A stretch of DNA of 50,299 nucleotides, taken from assembly GCF_006345805.1 (NCBI RefSeq), contig NW_021835207.1:1-50299 (forward strand), given 5' to 3'. The notes under the pieces were generated by a model. That model worked only from the letters and a program-made list of their open reading frames with translations. It was not told where the DNA came from and did no database searches. This document shows, in pieces, positions 1 through 11,891 of the stretch. The translations under genes and the position numbers were made by a program. Each line of letters opens with the position of its first letter. Position 1 is the stretch's first letter. The DNA comes from Octopus sinensis (taxonomy: Eukaryota).

Positions 1-245
1 TGGAGGACAAACACAGACACACAAACATATACACACAAACACATACATACATACATATATATTATTATATAAACATGTATACGACGGGCTTCCTTCAGTT
101 TCCGTCTACCAAATCCACTCACAAGGCTTTGGTCGACCCGAGGCTATAGTAGAAGACACTTGCCCAAGGTGCCACGCAATGGGACTGAACCCGGAACTAT
201 GTGGTCGGAAGGCAAGCTACTTACCACACAGCCACTCCTACGCCT
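1..245 (-). mobile_element. tRNA-headed SINE, family A (5' half, cut by window edge)
   Basis: Minus strand reads GGCGTAGGAGTGGCTGTGTGGTAAGTAGC...GGTTCAGTCCC (Pol III A/B-box-like), then GCACCTTGGGCAAGTGTCTT and an internal (TA)/(TG) tract; same sequence as 33723-34164. Confidence 0.9.
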
Positions 246-489
246 ATTTATAGATGGAGCATTTCTAAACTTCTCTATCCAAAAAGCTGGAGTCGGATGT
301 TTTTTAGGGACTAGGCATATGCGAAGAATGTTCTTAATTTCACTCGATAAGACAAGTTTAACCTTCATGAAGGTGAATGTCTTAGCAGTTATGACAATCG
401 GCGCGTTGATTCCTTCAGAAAAAAAAAATGTATTTCTCGTTGCTCCAGTCCACTCAGCTGACAAGAATGAGTTGCAGCAATAATTCAAA

Positions 490-660
490 GAACTAGCGTT
501 GTTTTGTCACACACTGTGTCTCGCCGAATCTCCATGAGAACTACGTTAAGGGCACGCGTGTCTGAGGAGTGCTCAGCCACTCGGACATAAATTCCATGAG
601 CAGACTGTTCTGTTGATCGAATCAACTGGAACATTCGTTGCTGTAACTGACGGAATGCCA
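490..660 (+). mobile_element. Diverged 3' tail of SINE family C
   Basis: GAGAACTACGTTAAGGGCACGCGTGTCTG...GTAACTGACGGAATGC aligns to 43101-43223. Confidence 0.75.
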
Positions 661-815
661 GTCAACCCCCATGGAAAGATGTCGCACATCATTAACAATT
701 ATTGTCATCTCAACTCGATTAGCAACGCCAGTAAGAGAAGCAATACCAAATTAAGAGGTGCAATGTTTTTTTTTCTGTTAGTTGTCTTCAAGGCAGCCAA
801 TAATTAAGCATGATG

Positions 816-883
816 TGCTGCCAATGAAAGGCTCACAAAGACCTGGTCAAACTGCCTTCATACGTGTAACTGAAAGCACAATG
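816..883. repeat. 68-bp direct repeat, copy 1
   Basis: 63/68 identical to 2427-2494. Confidence 0.9.
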
Positions 884-1505
884 TTGTTTAAGAACAGTGT
901 TGGAGTAGGATTTCTTGGCATACGTTGTTAGCTCAGAAATACTTAAAGGTAGACGCGATCACATGTCAAACCCTGATAAGTTAGACTGGAAAACACCACA
1001 AAAAAGTTGTGGTTTTATTATTTGGTTAGAGAACAGTATTCCATTCTATTCTTCCTTCATGGGTGCTAAAATCATTACAGTTGACAAAATTATCAACTAT
1101 CTAGCGCCTAACTTGCTGCCGGCGAGAGGCTGTGACAGACAGAACCGGTCGACATTCCTCGCACATACAACTATAAGTAGACATATATAAATTCCACTAA
1201 ACCTTTCGAAACTGAGATGAAGAATAACGTCGTCAAGAAGCTCGATAAACGAACAAGAAAACGAAGATCAATTTCTTTCTTTTACTGGCTTTCTTTCGTG
1301 AAATGCAACATTTCAAACTGTATTGTTCTTTAGGATTTAGATCATACATACACAGAGACAAATGCACGCGCATATATACACAATAACACATATACGCAAG
1401 CACACATACACACACACACACGCAAAACATATAAGTATAACAAGCATGCAGATATATATACATGTACGCGTGTTTGTGCGCGTGTGGTATGCATTATATA
1501 TTATA

Positions 1506-1549
<44 letters not shown>

Positions 1550-1551
<2 letters not shown>

Positions 1552-1760
1552 CAATATGTGACCGCGTGTGTATCGTTGGTGATTTTCTTTCTCCGTCTTC
1601 CCTTCCTTGGACTTTTCCTTTTTCTATGTTTCTGATGAAGAGCTCCACTCGAAACGTTAAACCCTCCTTCTTTCTTTCCTTTCCTGAGTGTCCAGTAAAA
1701 CTATACTTGTTCCACGTCCTCGGGTTGTTGTGTTTTCTCTTTGGTTCCTGTTTGATTAAC
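1550..1760 (+). mobile_element. Short HHR-bearing repeat (Penelope-like pLTR-derived) inside (TA)n
   Basis: Flanked by (TA)n on both sides; contains the HHR at 1628-1662; its 5' part recurs inverted at about 34712-34772. Confidence 0.7.
1628..1662 (+). ncRNA. Minimal type I hammerhead ribozyme
   Basis: GTTT-CTGATGA-A-GAG(ctcca)CTC-GAAAC-GT-T-AAAC: stem I GTTT/AAAC, intact core, loopless palindromic stem III (AACGTT). Confidence 0.8.
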
Positions 1761-1795
1761 TACATATATATATATATATATATAGATAGATAGAT

Positions 1796-1854
<59 letters not shown>

Positions 1855-2426
1855 AATATATAGATATGTATAAGTGTGCATGCATATAATTATATATACA
1901 TGCATATGTATATACATACATATGTATATACGACTTACATATGTATTTACAACCTCTTGCGTATGATTGTATATACAAATATATACATGTATGTTTTTGT
2001 ATATAAATATATAGGTATGTGCCTGTGTTTAATTGTATATAAATGTATAGGCATGTGCATTTGTGCATGTATGTATATTTGTATATAAATATATGTATGG
2101 ACATTTCAATATATGTGTTTGATATATGTGTGTGGTGTGCATGTGTATCTGTATGTATATGTATGCATGTATATAAGGATGCCCTCTATACATGTACATT
2201 TGTACATAGAAGCTACACGCTGGCTGTCTCCATCAAATTCTCCGAAGACCATTCTGTGTCTGAAAGTCTGACAATTTTGTAACTGATGAGAGCCGGCAGA
2301 TAGAATAAGGTGACCGCAGGGATGAACTTAACAACTTTTGATAAATAAAGCTGCACTGCATTCGATTCTATTCCCCTCATGACTACTTAAACCGTTGCAG
2401 ATAACAAAAGTTCCTAATGCCTTAAA

Positions 2427-2494
2427 TGCTGCCATTGAAAGGCTCACAAAGACCTGGTCAAACAGCCTTCGTACGTGTAATTGAAAGCAGAATG
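2427..2494. repeat. 68-bp direct repeat, copy 2
   Basis: 63/68 identical to 816-883. Confidence 0.9.
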
Positions 2495-2857
2495 ATTGTC
2501 TTCGATGTTACAAATATTTCAAAAGGAGCATTCCATTGAGGTTATCAGTCTGGTGTTACTTGTGTTTATTTTGGTTCTAAATCCCTGTCATTTCTTTCAC
2601 GTAATCCGCTGGTTATGTGCTATGCTCCATCTACACTAGTGCAATAATGTAGTCCGCAATTTCTTTGGGGATAGCTTATTGATTTAGACTAGAAATATTT
2701 ACAATACTGGGAAACAAATGAGATTTAGTTAAAATATTTTCTACTGATAGTGAGGTGGAATATGCTCAAAAGAACTGCTCATATTTTGCAATTTAACTTA
2801 TTCTCCCAATCTAAAATCTTTACATCAACAGTGTCTCTGTTTTTCAAGTTCTGGGGT

Positions 2858-3226
2858 CTAGACAATCACAGTTACGAATACCTGGGTATTGCTGAAAATA
2901 TCTCACATACTGATATTGTGAGCAAAAACAGAATATTTTGCAGTATAAGGTATTTTGGACTTCCCTTTGGATAGACAATGTCACACAATGTATTAACAGT
3001 ACCTCTACTGATACAAACATTAGTGATACTTGACTGGTTTATGGAGGAAATCTACTCCGCAGACATTAAAATTACCAAGATACTGACATCAACTGCAAAC
3101 TTCCTCAGAAACAGAGATATTGGGAGATCCTATCCCAGGAACAAAAAAAACGGGGAGAATAAAAGAGGATGACAATCATTGGATTCAGTCTGTGAGTGTC
3201 GTATGGTATCACCCAGATAGTATCTG
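2858..3226 (+). mobile_element. Degenerate R4/Dong-like non-LTR retrotransposon, RT C-terminal/thumb region
   Basis: Same-frame ORFs 2750-2974 and 2978-3172 give SYEYLGIAENIS...HNVLTVPLLIQTLVILDWFMEEIYSADIKITKILTSTANF.RNRDIGRSYP, resembling the YKYLG...N.FAVPVL....L.W...E....D.KTRKIL......D.DRLY..R..GGRGL pattern; interrupted by stops. Confidence 0.75.
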
Positions 3227-3232
3227 CGAGAT

Positions 3233-3425
3233 AATGGTTTCAAATTTTGGCACAGGGTCGAAAAATTTAGGAGTAGCGGGTAAATCGTTTCATCGACCCC
3301 CAATGCTCAACTGGTTCTTATTTCATCGGCGTCGAAAGGACGTGAAGCAAAGTCGACCTTGGCGACGTATGAATTGAGAAAGAACATTTCGTCCGGCGTG
3401 CTAACGATTTCGCTGATTCGCTGCT
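3233..3425 (-). mobile_element. SINE family B, diverged copy
   Basis: Matches the family B core (AAGTCGACCTTGGCG...TGCTAACGATT). Confidence 0.75.
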
Positions 3426-3646
3426 TTCACGTCTGCGAAGCTGTGGCTGCATAAATAAATAGATCTAACAAATTCGCAAACGTGTCGAAAACAAGGCGCC
3501 ATCCATAAGAAATCTCACCCAGTCAAAATGAATTTTATATTTAATTTGAATCTACTGTCAACATTGAGTTCCTCTACCAATAAATATTAAGTTTCGTTTT
3601 TGGACTTGGTTTGCAAGATCTTTTATATGAGTTCGTGTGTTGAAGC

Positions 3647-3903
3647 ATATTCTGTTGTGTTTGGGGAGAGTAATTTTCCTTTTGTGCCTTATAATGTAAC
3701 ACACTCACCGGTAAAATTTCCACTTATTTCGTATTTTTATTTTCCTAAAATTTCCGTTGCGTCTTGCAACCTTTTCAATTGTCAAGACTATTGAAAATGT
3801 TGCGAGACGCAAAAAATAAAAAAAGAAGTGGAAATTTTACCGGTGAGTGTATTAAATTATACGGCACAAAAAGAAAATTACTCTGCCCAGACACAACAAA
3901 TAT
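3647..3903. mobile_element. Fold-back palindrome / MITE-like element
   Basis: Arms of about 120-135 bp are reverse complements (e.g. CACTCACCGGTAAAATTTCCACTT vs AAGTGGAAATTTTACCGGTGAGTG), centred on GTC-AA-GAC at 3781-3788. Confidence 0.85.
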
Positions 3904-4332
3904 TAAGTTATTATTCTTAAACTCTGTTTTCAAAAATAACCTCAATTTCACACACACGCATGCGCACGTACACACACGCACATGCCCACACACGCATGTC
4001 GATGCACAAAACAATACATTTAATTCTGTATACTTAACGAACATGTAGTTTCATATCAAGGCGAGAGCGTGCTTTTAGGTTGTTGCATAACAAAAGCCGT
4101 TGAGGACGCCACACGATTTTAATCACTTTAACAAAGACTCATATGATAATTAAACCGATTTTATGTTCTGGTAATTCATAAAGTTATTATTATTGTTGTT
4201 GTTTTTTTATTGCAATTAATGCTGCCTCTCTTTTATGTTAAATAGTTAAAAGGAATACATTTAGGAATGTCTTACTAGAGATCATTGCGTCCAAAATTTG
4301 CACATTAAACGCTCATATTTTGCTGGATCCCG

Positions 4333-4373
<41 letters not shown>

Positions 4374-4487
4374 ACACACACACACATGCAGCTACTCATA
4401 CGCATACACATACACACATATACGTGCAATTTCTCTCTCTCTCTCGCACACAAGCATATAATATTTTGCTTAGGCGATATACATATG

Positions 4488-4799
4488 GTGGAGGTGCAAT
4501 GGCCCAGTGGTTAGGGCAGCGGACTCGCGGTCGGAGGATCGCGGTTTCGATTCCCAGACTGGGTGTTGCGTGTGTTTATTGACCGAAATCACCTAAAAGC
4601 TTCACGAGGCTCCGACAGCGGGTGGTGGCGACCCCCTGTTGTACTCTTTCGCCACAACTTTCTCTCACTCTCTCTTCCTGTTTCTTGAGTAACGCTGCGA
4701 TGGACTGGCGTCCTGTCCATCTGGGAGGTGGGGAAAACACACGCCACAGAAACCGGGAAACCGGGCCCATGAGCCTGGCTAGGCTTGAAAAGGGCGCGA
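4488..4799 (+). mobile_element. tRNA(Arg-like)-headed SINE, family C, with V-domain-like tail and 13-bp TSD
   Basis: Head GGTGCAATGGCCCAGTGGTTAGGGCAGCGGACTCGCGG...GGTTTCGATTCCC; tail CTGCGATGGACTGGCGTCCTGTCCA; TSD CGATATACATATG at 4475-4487 and 4800-4812. Confidence 0.9.
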
Positions 4800-4889
4800 C
4801 GATATACATATGAACGGAAGGTCAGTCGAGTCCGCAGCGATAATAAGAAATTAGAACAACAATGTAATAAACAATTTAAAGACATCTTT

Positions 4890-4970
4890 AGCTTACATTC
4901 GTTTCTGCTGTAAGATGTAAAACACTTCTAGCTGAATGCTTGAGTATCAAACAGTAGCTTCATCGGAGCT
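4890..4970 (-). ncRNA. Type I hammerhead-like motif (U4C core variant)
   Basis: Minus strand: AGCT-CCGATGA-AGCT...AGCA-GAAAC-GAAT-GT-A-AGCT; stem I AGCT/AGCT, stem II base GCT/AGC. Confidence 0.55.
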
Positions 4971-5304
4971 TCAGTCAGATATGTGTGTGTATGCGTATAT
5001 ATGTGTTTGTGTATATGTGCTTGTGTATATGTGTTTGTATGTGTATGTGTGTGTGTGTGTGTAGAAAAATCTTTCAATCTTTAAAACAATTCGATCTGAA
5101 CAATATCCATTGAAATCAACCAACCTACCCGAATGAAGTATAATATTTTGACGTAACATTAAATCTAGCCACGGTAAAATAATCTCGTTTCAAAAAGCCA
5201 GTCCCTATGCATTTCCCTAAGAATATATTCTCATCGTCCACCATCTTAGCCGGAAACATAAGCCAAAGGATATGAATGATTTTCCAGCCCCTCCCTCCAA
5301 AATA

Positions 5305-5522
5305 TTGGTTTTAAATTTTGGCTCAAGGCCAGCAATTTGGGGCTGGGATGGGGGTGATAAAGTCGATTACATCGACCAGTGCTCACTTGGGTATTTATTT
5401 TATCGATCTCAAAACGATGAAAAAGTAAAGTCGACCTTGGTGGAATTTGAACATAAAGACGGGCGAAATGCCGCTAAGCGTTTTTCCCGGGTTGCTAACG
5501 ATTCTGCCAGCTCACCGCCATT
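5305..5522 (-). mobile_element. SINE family B
   Basis: Family B core and head (TGCTAACGATTCTGCCAGCTCACCGCC on the plus strand). Confidence 0.8.
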
Positions 5523-5535
5523 AAAAATAGATACG

Positions 5536-5607
5536 TCCTCATGGCGGGAAACGAACCCGGGCCATGTGGGTAAAAGCCAGGTATCATAATCATTAGACCA
5601 GATGTGA
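5536..5607 (-). pseudogene. tRNA-Glu(TTC)-derived pseudogene
   Basis: 72 nt TCACATCTGGTCTAATGATTATGATACCTGGCTTTTACCCACATGGCCCGGGTTCGTTTCCCGCCATGAGGA is collinear with the metazoan tRNA-Glu-TTC consensus; anticodon now reads TTT, acceptor and anticodon stems are broken. Confidence 0.7.
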
Positions 5608-5720
5608 TTAGTGAGGACAAAAGAAATATATTAAAATAATCTGCTGCACAGCGCACTAAACTCTTCGATCCTTGAGTTACTCAGTAAATTCTGTCGATTG
5701 TTAATAATGGTTTCAGGCCT

Positions 5721-6102
5721 AAGGCGGCGAGTTGGCAGAAACGTTAGCACGCCGGGCGAAATTCTTAGAGGTATGTCATCTGCCCTTACGTTCTGAGTTC
5801 AAATTCCGTCGAGGTTGACTTTGCCTTTCATTCTTTCGGGGTCGATAAATAAGTACCAGTTGAGCACTGGGGTCGATATAATCGACATAATTCGTTTGTC
5901 TGTACTTGTTTGTCCTCTCTGTGTTTAGCCCCTTGTGGGTAGTAAAGAAATCGATATTTCGTCTACCGTTACGTTCTGAGTTCAAATTCCGCCGAGGTCG
6001 ACTTTGCCTTTGATCCTTTCGGAGTCGATAAATTAAGTACCAGTTGCGTACAGGGGTCGATATAATCGACTGGTCCCCTTTCCAATAATTTCAGGCTTTG
6101 AG
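5721..6102 (+). mobile_element. SINE family B head-to-tail dimer with one 16-bp TSD
   Basis: Full unit 5721-5950 plus a 5'-truncated unit; TAATGGTTTCAGGCCT at 5705-5720 and 6103-6118. Confidence 0.9.
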
Positions 6103-6297
6103 TAATGGTTTCAGGCCTGAAATTACTGAGAGAGAAAGAGAGAGAAAGAGAGAGTTATTACACCGACCTATTATTCAGATGGTACTTATTTTATCAATCC
6201 CCAAATGATATGAATCAATGTCATCCTCAACGTAATTTGGACCCAGAATGTAAAGGGCCGGAAGAAAATCGAACCTGTGCTTTTTCCCGATCCTCTA

Positions 6298-6757
6298 GGT
6301 GACGGGAACGTCAACACTCCATCGGTTGTCAAGCGATGGTGAGAGAACAAACACAGAAACAGACACACATATACATACATATATCTATATATAGATATAT
6401 ACGACGGGCTTCTTTCAGTTTCCGTCTGCCAGATCCATTCACAAGGCTTTGGTCGGCTCGAGATTATAGTAGAAGACACTTCGCCAAGGTCCCAAGCAGT
6501 GGGAGTGAACTCGGAACCATGTGGTTGGTAAGCAAGCTACTTACCAGACAGCCACTCCTGATACATATATATGTATATATATATATATATTGTCGATGGG
6601 CTTCGTCCAGTTTCCGTCTGGTAAACCCACTCACAAGGTTTTGATCGGCCCGAGGTTATAGTAGAAGACACTAGCCTGAAGTGACACCGAGCTTGGACTG
6701 AACCCAAATCAATGAGATTGGAAAGCAAGTTTCTTACCAAAGGGCAATACCGGCGCT
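6298..6757 (-). mobile_element. SINE family A partial copy plus a second diverged head
   Basis: GGGCTTCTTTCAGTTTCCGTC...GTAGAAGACACT...CTTACCA motif occurs twice (about 6405-6560 and 6592-6757). Confidence 0.8.
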
Positions 6758-7426
6758 TATAAATAGTAAAATCGATAGGAAGAGTGCCATGAGCGTGCCG
6801 TGGGAGCGGGAAATCCAACTTTGCGGACGGAGTCCTTCCGCAGATCTAAGACGATAGAAAAGAAATTAACGTTTCACACATAAATCTTGCCGAATGAAAC
6901 CAACACCAGCCCCTTTGGAGTATGATTATGTGTGTGCGTGTGTGGGTGTGTTTGTGTGTGTGTGTGTGTGCGTGTGCGTGCGCGAACATATATATAGTAC
7001 ATACATACACACATACAAACATATATACATATATATATATAATATATGTATATATACATATAAATATATGTATATATATATATATACAATTATACATATA
7101 TATATGTATATATATATAGATATACACATATATCTTATATATATATATATATGTATATATATGTTAGTATGTGTGTATGTATGTACTATATATATATATA
7201 TGCACACATATCTACATATATAAGTATATATGCACACATATATATATACATATATATGCATATACATATACGTATATTTGCCATATATATAGGTAAGTAT
7301 CTATCTATTTGTATGTATATATATATATATAATATATATATACACATAGATATATATGTATATATATATATATATGTATATATAGTTATATATATATATA
7401 TATGTATATTATGTATATATATACAG

Positions 7427-7468
<42 letters not shown>

Positions 7469-8169
7469 TATTTATATATATGGTTACATATATTATATAT
7501 ATATATATATAAAAAAACAAAATATATTATAGATGATGGTATAAAAATCTATAAAGAAGTGGACGAGAGATAAGAATAAAAACACGAAAGCCATGAAATG
7601 ATAATGACATGTCTGTCTTATCTATTTACCTTTCTTCACACCTTCTTTGTCTTTCTCATTCTCCTTTATTAATTTTATTACTGCTGTTATATTAAATCTT
7701 ACGTTACTGCTACACCAACGTAGAGCGAGATAAAATTACCGAAATTAATGTATGTGGCTGTGTTTTTAGGCGCACGGCTCTAGTTTTGAGTATATCTATA
7801 TGTGTGTGTATGTTTGTGTAGAGGTCTACATGTCCGCAAGTTTATCGTTCGTTTTGTGTAGTCTTATAATACATGACATCGAAGGTCCCCATGATCATAT
7901 GGTTATAGTCGTATGTGCGTGATGCCTCCCAATTTTTACGCCGTCTAGCCATTGCGGATTTCTCAACCTGTTAGAAATTCCCGTTGGATTTTTCTCATAT
8001 CGCAATCTGTTCTTTTTGAAAGGGACACACAAAATATTGTATTTGGTTCCTTATGCGTAGCAGAAAGAATAAAGAGTCATGGTTGAAATGATTTTAACTA
8101 CAGATCTGCTCAGTCAAGGTTGTGTAAGGTTAAGCAACTGTAGAGATAAAGGTAAAATAAAGATGAAGT

Positions 8170-8623
8170 TACCTTCTCGAGTCGGACCTTCACATAAGGG
8201 CCGGTTTACCAGTTTCCCTGACGTATTAATTTTCCACCTGGATGGGACGCCAGCCAGTCACAGGATAACTCATTTTTGCCAGCTGAGTGGACTGGGGCAA
8301 CGAGAAATGAAGTGTGTTGCTCAAGAACACAACTCGTCGAAACCACAATATTATTTCTTTATTGCCCACAAGCGGCTAAACACAGAGGGGACAAACAAGG
8401 ACAGACAAACGGATTAAATTGATTACATCGACCCCAGTGCGTAATTGGTACTTAATTTATCGAAAGGATTAAAGGCTAAGTCGACCTCGACGGAATTTGA
8501 ACTCAGAACGTAGCGGCAGACGAAATACCACTAACATTTCGCCCGGCGTGCTAGCGTTTCTGCCAGTTCGCCGCAATCTTACTATCATGAGTCAAACACT
8601 CTAACTACTAAACTATGCGCCTC
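8170..8623 (-). mobile_element. Older tRNA-headed SINE interrupted by a family B SINE (8351-8574)
   Basis: Head remnant 8575-8623 and body 8170-8348 (TTGCTCAAGAACACAAC, CAGCTGAGTGGACTGG) are separated by a complete family B copy. Confidence 0.75.
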
Positions 8624-8649
8624 AAGTAACTGTATGGGTGCGTTAAACA

Positions 8650-8921
8650 CAATCGTTCTCAACCGGTGTCCATATGATCCTTGGGTGGGTGGGTTAAAGT
8701 TTCTTGTTGAAAAATTTATTTGCAATTAATTGATTATATTGATACTTCAAACAATAAACGCAAAAAAATTAGCATATGATTTTATATAATTCCTAATAAT
8801 ATGAAAATATCAAAATAAAACAGGACTTTTCGAACATGGAATGGCAATGAGGATCCATCCAAGGAAAATAGGAATCAAAAATGACCCGAGAAAACATAAA
8901 GAAAAAAGCAGAGATCCACTG
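8650..8921. mobile_element. Degenerate hAT-like MITE
   Basis: Ends CAATCGTTCTCAACC and GCAGAGATCCACTG resemble CAGTGGTTCTCAACC-type TIRs; no clean 8-bp TSD. Confidence 0.45.
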
Positions 8922-8984
8922 CATTAGAGGATTTCGATATTTCGCAGTCACTACACATATCGGATTCACTACACATATCGGATT

Positions 8985-9850
8985 GAAATTTTGACACAAG
9001 GTTAGCAGTTACAGGGGAGGAGGGGCAAGTCAATTAAATCATTTTGCAGTGCTCAACTGGTACTTATTTTATCGACCCCTAAAGGATTATACGGCAAAGT
9101 TAACCTCGGTGGAAATTGAACTCAGATCGTAGAGACGGGAAAAATGCCGCTAAGTATTTTGCCGTGTGTGCTAACAAGTCAATCACTTCGCTGCCTTAAT
9201 GATAACAGCAGCAACAACAACTATAATAATAATAGTCCTTTCTACTATAGACACAAGGCCTGGATTTTTGTGGGGAAATGGGACAATCGATCACATCGAT
9301 CGCAGTACTTCACGGGTACTTACTTAATCGACCCCGAAAGGATGAAAGGTAAAGTCGACTTTGGCGGAATTTGAACTCAGAACGCAGCGTCTGACGAAAT
9401 ATTGCTAAGCGTTTCGCCCGGTGTGCTAACGTTTCTTATTTCTTTACTGCCCACAAGAGGCTACACAGAGGAGACAAACAAGTACTGAAAAACGGATTAA
9501 TTCGATTATATCGACCCCATTGCGTAACTAGTACTTATTTAATCGGCTCCGAAAGGATGAAAGACAAAGTCGACCTCGCCGGAATTTGAACTCAGAATGC
9601 AGCGTTTGATGAAATACCTATTTCTTTACTACCCACAAGGGGCTAAATACAGAGAGGACAAACAAAGACAGACAAACGGATTAAGTCGATTACATCGACC
9701 CCAGTGCGCAACTGGTACTTAGTTTATCGACCCCGAAAGGTTAAAAGGCAAAGTCGACCTCGGCGGAATTTGAACTCAGAACGTAGCAGCTGACGAAATA
9801 CCGCCAAGCATTTCGCCCGGCGAGATAACGTTTCTGCCAACTCGCCTCTA
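8985..9850 (-). mobile_element. Cluster of family B SINEs: single copy 8985-9197 and tandem trimer 9236-9850
   Basis: AAAGTCGACCTCGGCGGAATTTGAACTCAGAA core repeated four times with roughly 180-250 bp spacing. Confidence 0.9.
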
Positions 9851-9869
9851 AGCATCAGCAGCACCCAAC

Positions 9870-10390
9870 TAGAATACTCAAAGTTGCAACAAATGTTGTT
9901 TCCCAAACAACAAGGATGTGTCTTACCTGGCGAAAAGTTCATCAGCTTCGCAATCATAACTGCGATAAAAAAGATTGTCTCCTTCCCCTTCACAGCGCCA
10001 GAAAGTTATACATCTAGCACTACCCAACCTCTACACAGTTCAAGCGAAAATCTTTATGGGTTGGCATAACACAAGAGGAAATATTCTAGAACAACTAATT
10101 GATACGCATCGAATCATTCCCCACCTCATTGCGACTTTTGGCTCACAATCATAACGCATCAACCCCCTGCGTCCTCTTCTCTCACTACAAAGACCTCTGC
10201 TCTTTGGAGATTGTTGGTCATATTCAGCTTCTGTTCTTACAAATACAGCTCACTCACCCTTCCCACATCTTGCTATCCATGCCGTACACACCACCAGATC
10301 GTATATTTCATGACCATAAAGTCGGTTCTCTGAAATTCCTTCCCTGCATGGACAGAATATTCGGAAAATCGCTCTGCCCTTTTCTAATCG
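9870..10390 (+). mobile_element. Degenerate CR1/L2-group LINE, RT C-terminal end
   Basis: Frames give LTWRK, LHSARKLY, LYTVQAK and SLRLLAHNHNASTPCVLFSHYKDLCSLEI, resembling L.W..H...L.RAR......LYKAQVRP...LQPL.HRR....L..FYRYY...CS.EL. Confidence 0.6.
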
Positions 10391-10810
10391 TTTTTTTTTT
10401 ATTTTTGTATTTCAGATTTCGATCCCAATATGGCCTTCACAACTGAAGAACATGTATTTCTCGTCGAACACCTATTACCAGAAGGTGGTTGGTAGGCAAC
10501 CATCACTTTCAACTTTGTTTATGAATTTCCTTTATATGCTTTTTTTGTATTCTGTATTGTGACCGCAAATCCGCTGCTCTAACCACTAGGCCATGTGCCT
10601 CCACCCGTTCACCATTAGAAACTAATAAATGATTATAAATACGCATCGTGCTGTGGATCGAAACCGTAGCTTCGTGGTTTCGAAGTAAATTCTTGTTAAC
10701 TTCACACTTCACAGCTATGCATATACCACTGTATGTTTAGATGTATATACACAAACGCATAATACATTACATAAAAATACGCATACTCAGATTCATATAC
10801 TACATACATA

Positions 10811-10864
<54 letters not shown>

Positions 10865-11070
10865 TCACAAACGCACACACACACACACCTTACACACACA
10901 CATATATATGTAATGTGTTATATATAATAGATATATGGTGAGAGAGAGGAGAGTGAGAGTTAGATATACACAGATGCATGCATGTGTGTATATAGTTTAG
11001 TACATAACAAATATACGAATCGATATATCTTTTAGAGAGATTTAAACAGACAAATAGCTGAGTAGGTAGG

Positions 11071-11138
<68 letters not shown>

Positions 11139-11529
11139 CGCATGGCTAAATATGTAGATAACTAAATAGATAATTAGTTAATACAATTACATGTCTACAT
11201 GCATACATACATGTACACACAAGCAGTCAACACAATCATATACGCAACTACATGTATATAAACGTGTATGTGTATGTGTATGTGTGTGTGTGTGTGTGTG
11301 TGTGTTGCGAACATTCCGGCTTGTTATAACATAGACACGGCAAAGAGGTACCACTCCTACTTCATGGTTGAGTGGATGGCTCCAAGAAGCTAAGTAAATA
11401 TTCCAGTTTCCTGAACCGTACCATTCCTGCTGACATGGAAAAACAGATGGGAATCCTTTGAACAAACATGCGATATATACATCCTATGTAAGTTATATGT
11501 CCTTCCTTATATATATACATATGTATATG

Positions 11530-11573
<44 letters not shown>

Positions 11574-11846
11574 ATATTATTATATATATATATTATATAT
11601 ATATATATGTATATATATATAATATATATATATATATATACACCTATATTTATATACATATATATGTATGTATATATAATACATATTTATACATATATAC
11701 ATACATAGATATATATATATGTATAAACGCCTGCATATATTGCATAAATATTCTCTTATAATCATTCATACATACACTAGGATAGCGGTAGATATTATGT
11801 CTATATGTATACACAAATAGATCTGTAGAAGTGTGGGATGTGGTGC

Positions 11847-11891
<45 letters not shown>

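Noticed and set aside
144-488. Recurrent peptides such as MPKVPRNGTEPGTMW and RASFSFRLPNPLTR in several ORFs
   Set aside because: They are readings of SINE family A, not a gene family.
2240-2320. CTGATGA at 2283 with a nearby upstream GAAA
   Set aside because: No consistent stem II, stem III and NUH arrangement in any hammerhead topology.
4489-4562. SINE heads as functional tRNA genes (also 42845 and 33723)
   Set aside because: The cloverleaf is incomplete and each head continues into a SINE body.
9236-9850. Regularly spaced repeats as a possible CRISPR-like array
   Set aside because: The units are whole SINE copies with homologous rather than unique intervening sequence, in a eukaryotic context with no cas genes.
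10660-10720. Minus-strand CTGTGA...GAAGT/ACTTC-GAAAC motif
   Set aside because: The core lacks a base and the cleavage triplet is absent; possibly a decayed HHR but not supportable.
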